Source: Tubulanus polymorphus
Taxonomy: Eukaryota > Animalia > Nemertea
Assembly (NCBI RefSeq): GCF_964204645.1
Contig: NC_134036.1
Span: 1-64,000, forward strand
DNA: 64,000 bases
Direction of reading: 5' to 3'
Shown here: positions 46,621-59,512 of the stretch, in pieces
How the letters are laid out: every line of letters starts with the position of its first letter
Position numbering within the stretch: position 1 is the stretch's first letter
The notes under the pieces: generated by a model
Told to the model about the DNA's origin: nothing
The model's input: only the letters and a program-made list of their open reading frames with translations
The model's database searches: none
Program-made: the position numbers and the translations under genes

Positions 46621-47948
46621 TCAGTATCCAGTGGCGCAAATACCTGTAATAGATATCAATATCATTGATATATCATACAGTAATATCGTCATCATTACCA
46701 TTGACAGTGATTTATGAAGTGCATAGAAATATCCAACTGACGTTTCAGGATAAGATTTCTTCTTTCCATCTTGATTTTGAACAAATCTCTTCACATGGAA
46801 AAAGAAATCTTCCCAAAATTGTTTAACAGAATATAGATGCCCGGTCATCGTATTAATTGTGAGATATTGACGCCGATAGATGGCGCGTACTTGTCAATGA
46901 ATCTTCGTCATCTTTGACTCGAGGAAGTGTAATTATTGCCGCGTTCTTTTTCCACGCGTATGCGATCCTGAATTGACAGCGACCACTGACCGCGGTCATC
47001 TCGGCTAAACCTCTTTTAATATCGTTGTGTATCTTAACAACTCTATCTTTGAAAGGTAATCGACCGACTTTATACGTGGCAAACTCCGACCATTTCATAT
47101 CTTCAGGTCCCAATCTGTGTATTGTATGCAGCTGTCGATAAATATCGAGATAATTATTACAAGTTATCGTCGAAACGTCACTAATCCATGAAATCCTCGC
47201 CCACAATTAAAAATTGTCAAAGATTCAAAAACTAGAACGGATAATGAGTAGAGCACACAGTTGATGATTTAACAGTTTATTTTTTGACGGTTTTGGAGTC
47301 TTGTCTAAACGTCATCATCAGAGAAATGAAAAATGAAAAATGAAATAAATACCTCTTTGTACAGCATGATGTTATCAGTGGGCGATGCCATGATGTAAAC
47401 TCGTCCATGCGCCCCACCACCGCTTACTAACAGAACCGTCAGTTTCCTCAGACCCGATTCACCGGCTAATTTTGACAATTCTCCATCGATATAAATCTCG
47501 AAAGGACATCGGCCAGTTGTCTTGTTCATGTTGACTAAATGAACGGGTTCAGTGTTATTGGAATAATCGACTAATTTACCTTGAAATGTCTCCAGATCAG
47601 CGCGCACTGTGCACGACATAGCTGCAAGAAAAGAACTGATACTGAGCGATACTGATCCTGCTGCAGCTGATGATACTGATGATACCGATAATGCACCTGA
47701 TGCTGCTGCAGCTGATGATACTGATGCATAGTTTTATACTTACTTGGCTGTCCGGCTATCGCTACCGTTTTTACAAACACTGCCGCCAATGCGATCGAAG
47801 TTACCAATATTCTGAAACACGACGAAACTAAACATTCATTCTCGATGACGATGAAGATGACGATGACGATGATGAAGGTGATGATGATGGTGATGATAAG
47901 ACGAGGATGTACGGATGAAGTGAGGATGTTTCATTGTTACCTGTTCAT
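46621..47948 (-). CDS. Secreted single VWD-like domain protein, paralogue A (GDPH lost), 202 aa
   Basis: Exons 47948-47941, 47811-47744, 47621-47353, 47131-46891, 46643-46621 (GT-AG, frame-consistent). Signal peptide MNRILVTSIALAAVFVKTVAIA; CTVRADLETFQG start and SICATGY end; 4 Cys align with paralogue B; same intron phases and a 269-nt third exon. Confidence 0.7.
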
Positions 47949-50900
47949 GTTGGTGACTAAGAAGAGACTGTTACTGCTGTTACTGCTGTTACTGCTGTTA
48001 CTGTTGTTGTACAGAATCTGGTAAATCTGTTACCACTAGAGTGACACTAATTACCGGTCACCGGGTGACACTAATTACCGGTCTTCATAAAACAGTAGTT
48101 TAATTAGATATGGAAAATAAATCTGAGTTAATTACAGCATCAGTTGCGGCATGTGAGGATGTCGGTGCAGGCTGTGGCATGTGTGTGTGTAGTAGACATA
48201 CCATCAATCAATCTCAGACCCTTGGCACCTGGATCCCCACCAGGTACCACATATACCATCCAACCTAGCAGGTACTACGGACAGCATCTTACCTAGCAGG
48301 TACCACGGACATCATCGCTTATGGGGCTTCAATCTTCTGCCAGTGGATTTCTGTAATTTCCACCTAACTGCGGCTTTTGTCCGGGGACAAGTTCTGAAAT
48401 TTAGCTGAAATCAATTCCGGATAATAAAGGGATGATATCTGCATAGAGTGAGGGATGAAATAGGTTAATCCCTGCAGATTAGTGTCCGTTAATCCCTGCG
48501 GATTAGTGTTCGTTAATCCCTGCAGATACATGTGAGTTTATTTGAGTTGACAATGTCTACTATTGGAAGTGTTCACGACGCCATAAACAATATAGCGATA
48601 TCTCGTGATGTTACCGCTAAATTAGTTCCGAATCCTGTCACCAGGGGAAATTAACCTTCATGATTCATCTGCATCTTCTTTCCAGCATCCGTCTCTCATC
48701 CGCTGCTGCTGCTGCTGCTACCGATGTGTTTTAAGCTATTTCCGTCAACATGTCTCGTCATTTACCGAGTGTTTGGTAAACATGGCAACTATTACCTTGG
48801 TAACACTCAGATAATTTTTATTCGAAATATTTTCTATTTAGTTTCGCGAACGCAAATCTGCGAAAGGAGAGACGTATCTAGCCAATAACAGAACCCAGTT
48901 CTATTTCATGCTTCATCCAAAGCTAACAACACAAACGGCGCGATAAGCCGAACGGTGTTTCCGGTGTGTCGCGCGATGATAAACTGACACGGTGTCACCG
49001 AACCGGGACTCGAACTAACACCTTCCCGTCGTAGTCTGAATCGAGTCGACAAAAACAACAGCTGCTAAATCAATACGTGGTTTCGCGGTGATTACCGACT
49101 ATCAACATCGACTCCGAGATTCGTGTCGACACTTCCTTTGTGGAGAAACTGGTGCTAATTTTACGGTTTCGTGATTTTATCAGTTGCGGTTCCGACTCGT
49201 CGTTTATTCACGAGATTCCTCTAGATTAACGGTGATTGGTTTAAAGCCACTTCCGGTATTAACGTCAATTATTTGCATTAAATGAAACCACTGATGTGGA
49301 AACTTGTGGAATCTAGTGGAAACTAGTGGAACCTTGTTGAAACGAGTGGAGTCTGTAGATTGCTGTAGTGGATTCCTGATGTAAACCAAGAAATCCTATA
49401 ATGATTGATTATTGATTTCGAGATATCATCAATATGACGATATTTATCGAATACGATTGAGATTAAATAGCGATGAGTTATCGATCGATTTATTTACAGT
49501 TGATTGAATACGAGAGATCGTGACACACATTAAGTCTGTTTAACTTCCTCTCGTTATCAACGACCCCCGTAAAATATAATCGTATGTACGCATAGCAGCA
49601 TTTATCAAATAGAAATAGTTCATGTAGTATAGTGAAGGTGGCAGCACCAGTCACGATGAAGCGGACCGTTTTTATTCGTTGATCCTTGAATAAAACATGA
49701 CTCGTCTCTCCGTCTTTAGTCGCTGTCTATCGCTGTCTATCGCTGTCACTCGCTGTCTCTCGCTGTCTCCCCCGTCTCACGATCATAAGACAAATCAATA
49801 TCAATAAAACTAATACTCTAAATGGATATTACACAGATTGCCTCATCAATTCCCTCAGCTGCCGCAGCTCGTTCGGCAGGCTGATTAATAGTTCAGATAG
49901 AACATGACAATCGGGGACTGGCTGAGAATTTTTCTATTGACGAAGCATTAATTAACAACCAGCAGTAGTTCTCTTCTGTGCTGACATTTCAAATGTACTT
50001 GAAATAATAGGATTCCGCGGAAAGTGGAACTCTCGCTTCAGTTGTCTCGGTTTTAGTTAACTCGGAGATTCCTCGATCGATAGACAGAGAACTAGGTCAT
50101 AGATCCAATCCTATTTATCGACAAATACCGAGCAAACATAGTGCATATGACTGCTTTGCGGCCATGTTGGAGTATTTTATCAACTGATTAACCTCGTTTA
50201 TTGATTCTGTCGTCTGCTGACAGCTCTTCTCCTTTCGACGGTGTAAAAAATCGTCGCGCGCAAATAAAGTCTTCGTAGATCGACTTTGATCGTTTCCGTC
50301 TCGATCAGGTTTTATCACGTGGTTCGCAGTAGAGTGTGTATACGCGCGGTGATACGAACACAAATTATAGGCTCCGAGAAATGTGTCACCTCCACCACAA
50401 CCGGCATTGATGAACTCGGAGTAAACCGGCTGCAGCACGGCGGTGTGTTCCGGGGATTAGATTCTCTGAAGCAGAATATGATCGATTATTTCTCCTATAC
50501 TCACGCGAGGATTAAATGCAGATTAAATTCGCTATTTTAATGACATATTTCTCTCCGGGAATCGACTCCGGAGACGCCAAATACAAGCACCACCGCCGAG
50601 CAGCTGATGTTGCTGCTGCTGCTGTTAATAATATTAAACAGGTTTCAATCGGATACGGAAAATATCGATCAAAAATTATAGAAAATGTAGCTTTAATCGC
50701 AGCCAGTTTCGACAAAACAATCGGAGTATCCAAAAAAAAACGTCAGTCAGCCAGTCAGCTTTGAGGTGACTATTCACTCTAAATACTAATAATACCCCCT
50801 TTAACATTCTCTCTGATTACAGGAATTTCTTATCACCTGGCTCTTTGCCAGGAATTCTGATTCCTAGTACCGGGGTAGACCATCATCAGAAAATGGATCT

Positions 50901-51539
50901 TTCGGGGAAGCAAGAACATGAAAATTATGAAACTCGGAATTCTAGTAATACCACCTTCAGAATATTATAGGGCGCAACAACAAGCCGAGAACAGAGAATG
51001 ATGACGTAGATTTGATGAAATCATCAAAATGACATTAGTAACTATTAACGGTTGTGTCTATTGACAGCTGTGTCTTAGGCAACGAGTTCAAATCGTTCAA
51101 ATCATCATCAATATTCATCGATTATCACTTTACTTCCAAACTCCTATCATTGTCAAAAACAGAAGACTTCGCACACAATAACAACATTGTCTTATTTAGT
51201 TTTATGCTCGAAAAAAATGGAACAAATAATTAGTGAAAACCTATAGTTTTCATTTTGGTTTCCCTATTGTTGGAGTTTAGTCAAAACTCAATAAAACGTT
51301 TTGATATCAACTGTCGGTTTATACTTGTTAATTCTAAATACTGAGATGAGTATCAGTCGCATGGAACAGATAATATTCTTTTGCAAAAAACATGTAACCA
51401 GTAGTCTCTACCAGGAGAAGATGACACATCACTCTGTCTGTCTGCTGCTCTGCTGGTCTTGTTTTCAGACGAATGTTAAATGAAGTTTTTTTATTCCGCA
51501 TCCGTCTCCGGTACACTATATTCCGCCGCTTCGACAATT

Positions 51540-52020
51540 ATGCAAATCAGTTCACATATTATTTTTTATAGGTTTGTTGTCAACTCTCAATCCGCAGCGG
51601 TAACACATATAAATTATCAGCTCTAATGCAGTGCACGCAACCCTGGCAACCACCAATAGCGAGCTATTATCATAACCGTCTGCGTGTGATGAGATTTTCA
51701 TGCAAATGAAGTTAAAAACAATATAAGAAATTGAGTCGTTGAACTTATCAGGTTTTATTTAAGAGAACGGTCGCCCTGATTACTACAATATGCAAATATA
51801 GTTGTATCGCACGAAGCGAGAACTTCATGAATATTCATGACTCCGAGTTGATATGCAAATTAGCTTGTAATGAACTTTATCTCAATTTCGATTTTACGTG
51901 GCAAGCGAGGGCCGTGTACATGTGGCACCAATTTGAAGTTGAGGGTCTATTCTACTTGTACTCACTGAAGAGTATAAGTCAAGTTTCCTTATGCAAATCA
52001 GTTTCTTACTTAATGCAAAT
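51540..52020 (+). promoter_or_regulatory. POU-domain octamer cluster (candidate enhancer/promoter)
   Basis: ATGCAAAT at 51540, 51700, 51790, 51853, 51991 and 52013, all in the same orientation, plus palindrome TCATGAATATTCATGA (51825-51840). Confidence 0.65.
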
Positions 52021-53944
52021 CAGTTTCTTAGTCTTGCGCAAAAAGCTGCTTTGTCATTGTGCATACTGCGGGAATGAGCGGGAATACTATAGAGGTTAAT
52101 GATGGTGAGGTTAATGATGTATCCATACAAATGATTGAAGTTAATACCCCGGTCCTCTCTCTTTCACTGGGACACTCCTCAGAAATACAGATCGTTCCTG
52201 AATCAGTCTCAGTATAGAAGAAATCATACATTCGTTTCTATCAGTTCTACTTCCACATCACACACACCATTTTCATCATCTAACAATGACTTTATTTTAA
52301 CATTGATTCAAACTTTAAATCCTCTATTTTATTTCTCTTTTTAGGTAAGATTGGTTTCAGGTAGTTTAGTTTCTGTTGTCTATGGTAAGTACAATCGGTA
52401 AGTAATTCTTGTCGATATTCCATGTTGTCATTTAAATGAATTCAATATTCTATTCATTTGCAGCATTTATATCTAATATTCATCTTTATCCAAACATAGT
52501 TTAGCTTCATCGATGGAATATATATAGTAACCTCAAACCTCATATAAAAACTACCAGATGTTGTTTAGTATCGATACGGTCTGCTGGTCGATACTAACAG
52601 TACATATACGTTATTATTAGCATGATGCATAATTCATAAGACCAATGGTTCTATACACCTTTCATATCAAAGCCGTATTGAGCCTCAACACTTTGGAACT
52701 GAACCGTCTTAAGATTGTGTGGAGGAATACATGCTGGAAGTATGAATAGCTATTCTCGGCACATTCTATGCTGTAATATATAACGGATTTGTTGACTAAG
52801 TATTTGGTTTCTGTCGCTCCCTATTCACAACGACTCTTATTGCCTGACTGAATGTGTATTTGCATAATTTCGCTGCTGCTGCTGCTGCTGCTGCTGTTGC
52901 TGTATAAGCCAGTAGTTTTTATCCAGCTTAACCCCAAAGCCTCCATCACTGAGTTTACTATTGTGCCCTGTCCTATCTACTCATCTCACAAACTTCGAAT
53001 CATCTAAATTATCGTTGATTGGTTGTTTTGGTGCTTGTTTAACCACGATTGGTCAGTTAAATTTGACTTCTTCGATGCCGATTGGCCAATACTTTCAGTA
53101 ATTCCTCGTACAATATTCTGGCTCCTATTTTTTCACAGCTGTCACATCCGATCAATAAAACTAATTTATGCTTCGGACAAAAGTCAAATAAGACATCGTC
53201 CACATTGAAACGACTCGCACTGTTGGCACGAAATAGGAAATAAGGAGTATATGTTTGCGGGGGGGTATTCTGTGACGAGTGACAGGCCGGTCGTGCCGAG
53301 ACATTTCGCTATCAATACAACATCATTTCTACTGAATGACGCCACACTTCAAACACGTTTCCTACTCGGTGTTATATAGCTGTGCGTGTTTGTCTGAGAC
53401 ATTCGGCTGTGCTCGTGAATCGCACATATTACTTCAACTTGCCTCAATCGTAATATTGATAAATGACCAATTCCGGATTGGTTTTTGTTTGATTTCACAT
53501 TAACTGCACGCATTACCTCCGCTTCATCTACTGCAAGCAGATCAGCTCACTCGGCTGTTCTTCGGCTATTGTTTTTGAAAACATAAATCAATAGTTAATT
53601 AGTTGTGTAAGTGTAGTAGAGAAACTGTTTGTAGAACTGGTATTAGACAGGATCGAGGAGCTGTAGTCTGTGTGTCCTCCTCCAAACCATCTTTATGAGC
53701 GACATGTATTGGGATTACCAGAGCTTCTCCAACTGCTCCTCATTTTCAGTACTATAACAAGAAATACTGATATAATTTGTTTGATACATACAGGAATATG
53801 AAAGATGTTACTGGGGATCTTACAGACTGTCGATTACTGATTAATTTGAACATTTTCTTTCATGTTTCGATGAAATATTGCTGAAAAGTTCAACTTGTTA
53901 CTGATAGCACTTTACAGAGGTTGCCAGTCCTATATTTCAGAATC

Positions 53945-54292
53945 GAGGACCTGTAGTCTGTGTGTCCTCCTTCAAACCGTCTCTAGTATTAGGAGAGGAC
54001 CTGTAGTCTGTGTGTCCTCCTCCAAACCGTCTCTAGTATGAGGAGAGGACCTGTAGTCTGTGTGTCCTCCTTCAAACCGTCTCTAGTATTAGGAGAGGAC
54101 CTGTAGTCTGTGTGTCCTCCTGCAAACCGTCTCTAGTATGAGGAGAGGACCTGTACTCTGTGTGTCCTCCTTCAAATCGTCTCTAGTATGAGGAGAGGAC
54201 CTGTAGTCTGTGTGTCCTCCTTCAAATCGTCTCTAGTATGAGGAGAGGACCTGTAGTCTGTGTGTCCTCCTGCAAACCGTCTCTAGTATGAG
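53945..54292. repeat. 50-bp minisatellite, 7 copies (diverged extra copy at about 53655)
   Basis: Unit GAGGACCTGTAGTCTGTGTGTCCTCCTTCAAACCGTCTCTAGTATGAGGA. Confidence 0.95.
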
Positions 54293-54684
54293 CTGCATGT
54301 ATTGAACACTGACGTTATCAAATTATCCTCATCCCTGAAGTAAAAGGTGAAATGAAAAATCGAGTAGCACTTTGGGACGTGTCATAAATCAGTTGGGAAT
54401 TTCCCCTCTAGTGATTGAAGAGAGAAAGTTCGAATTCATTTCAATGAATCTCTCATTATTCGAACATTTGAATTTAACGGTCGGCCGTTTGCGCACGCGC
54501 AATGAACAAACAGCGTGCGTGTTGAAAATAACACCAGCTTCACAAACTGCATCAACGAAAGAGAGAGAAGGGAAAGAATTCAACTGGTTGTGATTGAGGA
54601 CTCCCGGGAAGAGGTTGAATACGTGTCCAATGTGGAAATCAAACTACATGTAGAATATTCCCAGCAGGGGGTGACAGAGTACTG

Positions 54685-54978
54685 ATCGGTCACCCCCGGT
54701 CGGTCGGTCGGTCGGTCCGTCGATCGGCCACCCGGTCCGTCGATCGGTCGGTCGGTCCGTCGATCGGCCACCCGGTCGGTCGGTCGGTCCGTCGATCGGC
54801 CACCCGGTCCGTCGATCGGTCGGTCGGTCCGTCGATCGGTCACCCGGTCGGTTGGTTGGTCCGTCGATCGGTCACCTGGTCGGTCGGTCGGTCCGTCGAT
54901 CGGTCACCCGGTCGGTCGGTCGGTCCGTCAGTCACCCGGTCGGCCACCCCCGGTCGGTCGGCCACCCCCGGTCGGTCT
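54685..54978. repeat. GC-rich GGTC/CGAT compound repeat
   Basis: Direct reading. Confidence 0.9.
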
Positions 54979-57561
54979 AATGTCACTATGTTTAATGATG
55001 ATTTGTTTGCTGCCGCTTCTGAATTCAGATCGTCTGTTTACAGCTTCATCTCGATGCGTTCTATAATATGTGTTATATATTCTCGCCGCACGTGACCTAA
55101 CTGCGAGATTTAACGAGATCGATAGCCTCGTGTTGGGGTTTGTTTATCGTCTCGTCATGGCTCCAGTGAGAACAGACGACAGGATTGAGCAACACGTGTA
55201 TTCAATCAGCGCGCAGTCACTGATAGACCCGGGATTATTTACTAATTATTTATATAGCGGATTTAATCTACATAAATATATTCATTAATCAGCCAGGTTT
55301 TAAACGGATTAGTAATATATTGCGAGGAAGCGGATAAGGATTAAGTCTAGTCTTATTACTGTTACAATAAGTATTTTCAAAATTTTTCTGATTTTCCTTT
55401 TTTAAGAAATCTGGCAGTTCTCTCAGCAGAGTTAAATAGTTGTGGATAGATTCTTTAGTCCATTATTAATAGACGAGATATTTGTGGTTAAATAGTTGAA
55501 TAATTCGTAGCGGTTATGACCAAAACAGTATAACGTACTTAAAATAGCTTAGTTGTATCGGATAGGAGTATATTTGTACTGTGTTGGAGGGGTATATTTG
55601 TACTGTGTTGGAGGGGTATATTTCGTTAGGGAATAGTGTATTTGATATTTTTCTTTACATTATTACTGGCGCATGTGAGGTCTATATATTCAAAGATACT
55701 TCGCGTGAATATAAAGATGTTTATAGTGTTGTCTAGAGGGACAACTTTATCTCTGATTGAAGCTTTAATGAACCTGATGAGGCTCCTGTAATAATTTCGT
55801 AATTACGTTTAATTTAAGGCGCGTTCGTTTCTTCCCGAAGCTCTCATTAGAACAGGAAATTAATGTCTTCCTCTATTCCTCCGGTTTCCTCAGAAATACC
55901 GTTAATAGACGTTTTTTACTTTTTGACTCGGAAACCTATCGACGCTTTGAGACAGTAACGCTTCTGCGAAAAACAGCTATCTCTAGGAAGACTGTGTCTT
56001 ATCTCGGGTGTGCAACAGTTGGTTTACTATTCTCGTTACTGTCTATGAGTCTCATTAATGTAATATAAAGATTACATGTGGTTGGCATCAGTTATCATTG
56101 TCTTTAGCTGATTCCACATTAGCAGCAACATCCGCTATGCTAACCGTATCTATTCGTCTAGCATCATCAATTTATGCTGGACTCCACAGATTTCTGGTAC
56201 TTTAGGGAATAAACAAAAACCTCTTCCATCTTTCTCTTTTATCTGTATTTAGATCACGACCGACTCTGTTGATATTGTTTCCAGTTGTTGTGATTTAGAT
56301 TAATAAATGTTTGAAATAAGGAGATTACGAATACATCGTGTTAGTTCTATAAACAGCGCATCACTGAGAACTGAAGCCTCTTTCTCTCAACGACTCACTC
56401 GCTGAATCAATTATCTATTACTGTTATCACGGATATTGATACTTCATCAAAAACTAATTGATGTCGCTTACTCCGCGCATTATAGGCTCATTAGCTTTTT
56501 GCTGAACTTTTCACTGGGCTCGAATTGCCGGCAATCAGTGAATTAGTGCTGCTATTATTTCATATCTATGAACGATAGTTGATCGGTTACTTCGCGAAAA
56601 AGCAAACCTCACTCATTTCAGATTCAGATGGATTTTAATCTATACGTCAATCTGTGGGTTTTTAGTGTAAATGTTTGTATGTAGTGGTAGAACAGTGCTG
56701 TTTGTAGTAAGTGGTTAGTGCCTGGACAATGTCACCGGATTACGGGTTTAGTCATCATTTGAATGGTAGATATGGTCACATTGGGACCTGCATTAGTTAC
56801 AGATCTCCCATACACACATACAGCTGTTACACACAGTCTCTCGTCGTCGTATAGACAAATCGAGGATCGCTGTAACATAACATAATCATCAATATCTTAT
56901 CATTTTTATCGTAATCTTGTTAATCCTATTTCAACACTTTCATTGTTATCTTGGTTTTCCTCCTTTTTTCACGTTCATCATCGTCATTCTTTTCGTTCTT
57001 CTTTCTCAATTTCATCGTCATCTTGGTTTCCTTCGTTTTCAATTTCATCACAACTGGATATTATGGTCTTTTCTTTTTTATCGAAAGGGAAATTCAATTA
57101 AATCAAGTTGTACTAGTTGCTCACTTGAGAGTTGTTACTCGTGATGGCGGCGGTGGTTGTGATTCTACTCGTCAAGTTCTAGCAATAAGAACACATTTCA
57201 CAAATTAATTATCACAAACCAATTCACTTCGATTTTCCACTGCGATTCTAGGTTAAAATGAAAAGTCATTAGGTTCATTGTGGACGCGTTGTAGGTTTTT
57301 TGTAGATTTAATTTTCTGTCGTAAGTTTGACGAATCGGGAGGCTGATTTCATACTTGTAAATATCATAGGATTTGCCGCAAATATCACTGTCACAAGATG
57401 CGACGGTAGCCATCTTGGAAGTTCAATCAAGCCCCGGGTAGAAGTTGATTCAATTGTTGCCGAGATTCGATTGTTATTAGAGTAAAATACATTTAGAATC
57501 GCGAGTGACTGCGTAATTTTTGACGCATAAGTTTAATCTGGTGCCGATGAGTTTTCAATCA

Positions 57562-57972
57562 ACCACTGCGAATTGTGAGTTTAGAACACCACTGCGGATT
57601 GTGAGTTTAGAACACCACTGCGAGTTGTGAGTTTAGAACACCACTGCGAGTTGTGAGTTTAGAACACCACTGCGAATTGTGAGTTTAGAACACCACTGCG
57701 AGTTGTGAGTTTAGAACACCACTGCGAATTGTGAGTTTAGAACACCACTGCGAATTGTGAGTTTAGAAAACTACTGCGAATTGTGAGTTTAGAACACCAC
57801 TGCGAATTGTGAGTTTAGAACACCACTGCGAATTGTGAGTTTAGAACACCACTGCGAATTGTGAGTTTAGAACACCACTGCGAATTGTGAGTTTAGAACA
57901 CCACTGCGAATTGTGAGTTTAGAACACCACTGCGAATTGTGAGTTTAGAACACCACTGCGAGTTGCGAGTTT
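57562..57972. repeat. 26-bp minisatellite, about 15 copies
   Basis: Unit ACCACTGCGAATTGTGAGTTTAGAAC. Confidence 0.95.
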
Positions 57973-58004
57973 AAAACCGAAACTGACGATAAAAGAAATC
58001 TAAC

Positions 58005-59303
58005 TATTAGCCTGTTCGGTTATGATGACGTCATCACTAGTGACGGTTAATTCAGCTACTCCTACTGAATCGACGACAGAAACACCGATCCGTAGGGCCG
58101 TCATCATGATGTTCGGACCAAAGACGGTAAGTCTTTATAAAACGGTGTCGACATTCTTTATAGTTGCTGCATGCGAATATCTCAGGGTGGCTCCACTAAC
58201 CAGTAAATCAATATCTCAGGGTGGCTCCACTAACCAGTAAATCAGGATAATCGGGAAAAAACTAAAAGTCAGGGGAAAAATAATTTACATAAGTTTTCAT
58301 GGCGTAAGTGAAGCTAGTGAAAATGATATTCTGTCCCAGATACTGATGGACTCTGTGCACTAGGTGTCCCAGATACTGATGAACTCTGTGCACTAGGTGC
58401 CCCAGATACTGAGGAACTCTGTGCACTAGGTGCCCCAGATACTGAGGAACTCTGTGCACTAGGTGCCCCAGATACCGAGGAACTCTGTGCACTAGGTGCC
58501 CCAGATACCGAGGAACTCTGTGAAATAGGTGCCCCAGATACTGATGGACTCTGTGCACTAGGTGCCCCAGATACTGAGGAACTCTGTGCACTAGGTGCCC
58601 CAGATACCGAGGAACTCTGTGCACTAGGTGCCCCAGATACCGAGGAACTCTGTGAAATAGGTGCCCCAGATACCGAGGAACTCTGTGAAATAGGTGCCCC
58701 AGATACTGATGGACTCTGTGCACTAGGTGCCCCAGATACTGAGGAACTTTGTGCACTAGGTGCCCCAGATACCGAGGAACTCTGTGAAATAGGTGCCCCA
58801 GATACTGAGGAACTCTGTGCACTAGGTGCTATCCATTTCTAGATACACGGGAGTCTTTTCATCATCGGCTGAAATCAACAATCTCTCAGTCTGGTCATAC
58901 GTTCATCCATGCCGCGATATATCAGCGACACTGTTTACTGCATCTGGTTGCCGAATCGAGGCTGCGTCCATGTTCTACTGCTGTATCGAAGAAACGACTG
59001 TATCACATCCATCAGGAGCGAATTCACGTCGTATATCGCGTATTACCCAACCATATTTCTGACGGCGCGTTTCATCATCTGTAAGTCTCAAAAAGTCTCT
59101 AAATGCCATGCGTAGAATTCCTAGAATTTCTACCAGCCCCTCTATTGGTTTCACATCTCTGGTGTTTAATACACGAAGAGCATAGTGCATAGCATAGTTC
59201 GCGAGTGCCCTCAATTGTCTCACCAATACTGCGTACCCTGGATCTGTGTCTGCCCACTCCGTCTACTATCAATACACCGTTCAGAAAAACTACAAACCAC
59301 AAC
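58005..59303 (-). pseudogene. Possible decayed third VWD-family paralogue
   Basis: Signal-peptide-like exon 59303-59237 (LWFVVFLNGVLIVDG). A phase-1 exon from about 59079 has internal stops and ends RLLISADDEKTPVYLE (compare RVYIMASPTDNIMLYKE). A segment near 58170-58010 reads VDSVGVAELTVTS (compare IKRGLAEMTAVS). Similarity is weak. Confidence 0.3.
58335..58830. repeat. 33-bp minisatellite, about 15 copies
   Basis: Unit CCCAGATAC(T/C)GAGGAACTCTGTGCACTAGGTGC. Confidence 0.95.
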
Positions 59304-59512
59304 CTGACAAATAACAACATAGACAATGTAGATTATGCTACTATTTATTTCGAAGATATTTCAAACAGTGATATAATGTAGATTATGCTACTATTTATTT
59401 CGAAGATATTTCAAACAGTGATATATCTCTAAGTATTGACAGTTTTGATGACAGGATTTTGTTTCAAGGATCTGTATTTTGCATCATCATTCACGTATGT
59501 TCTTCTGTGCAT

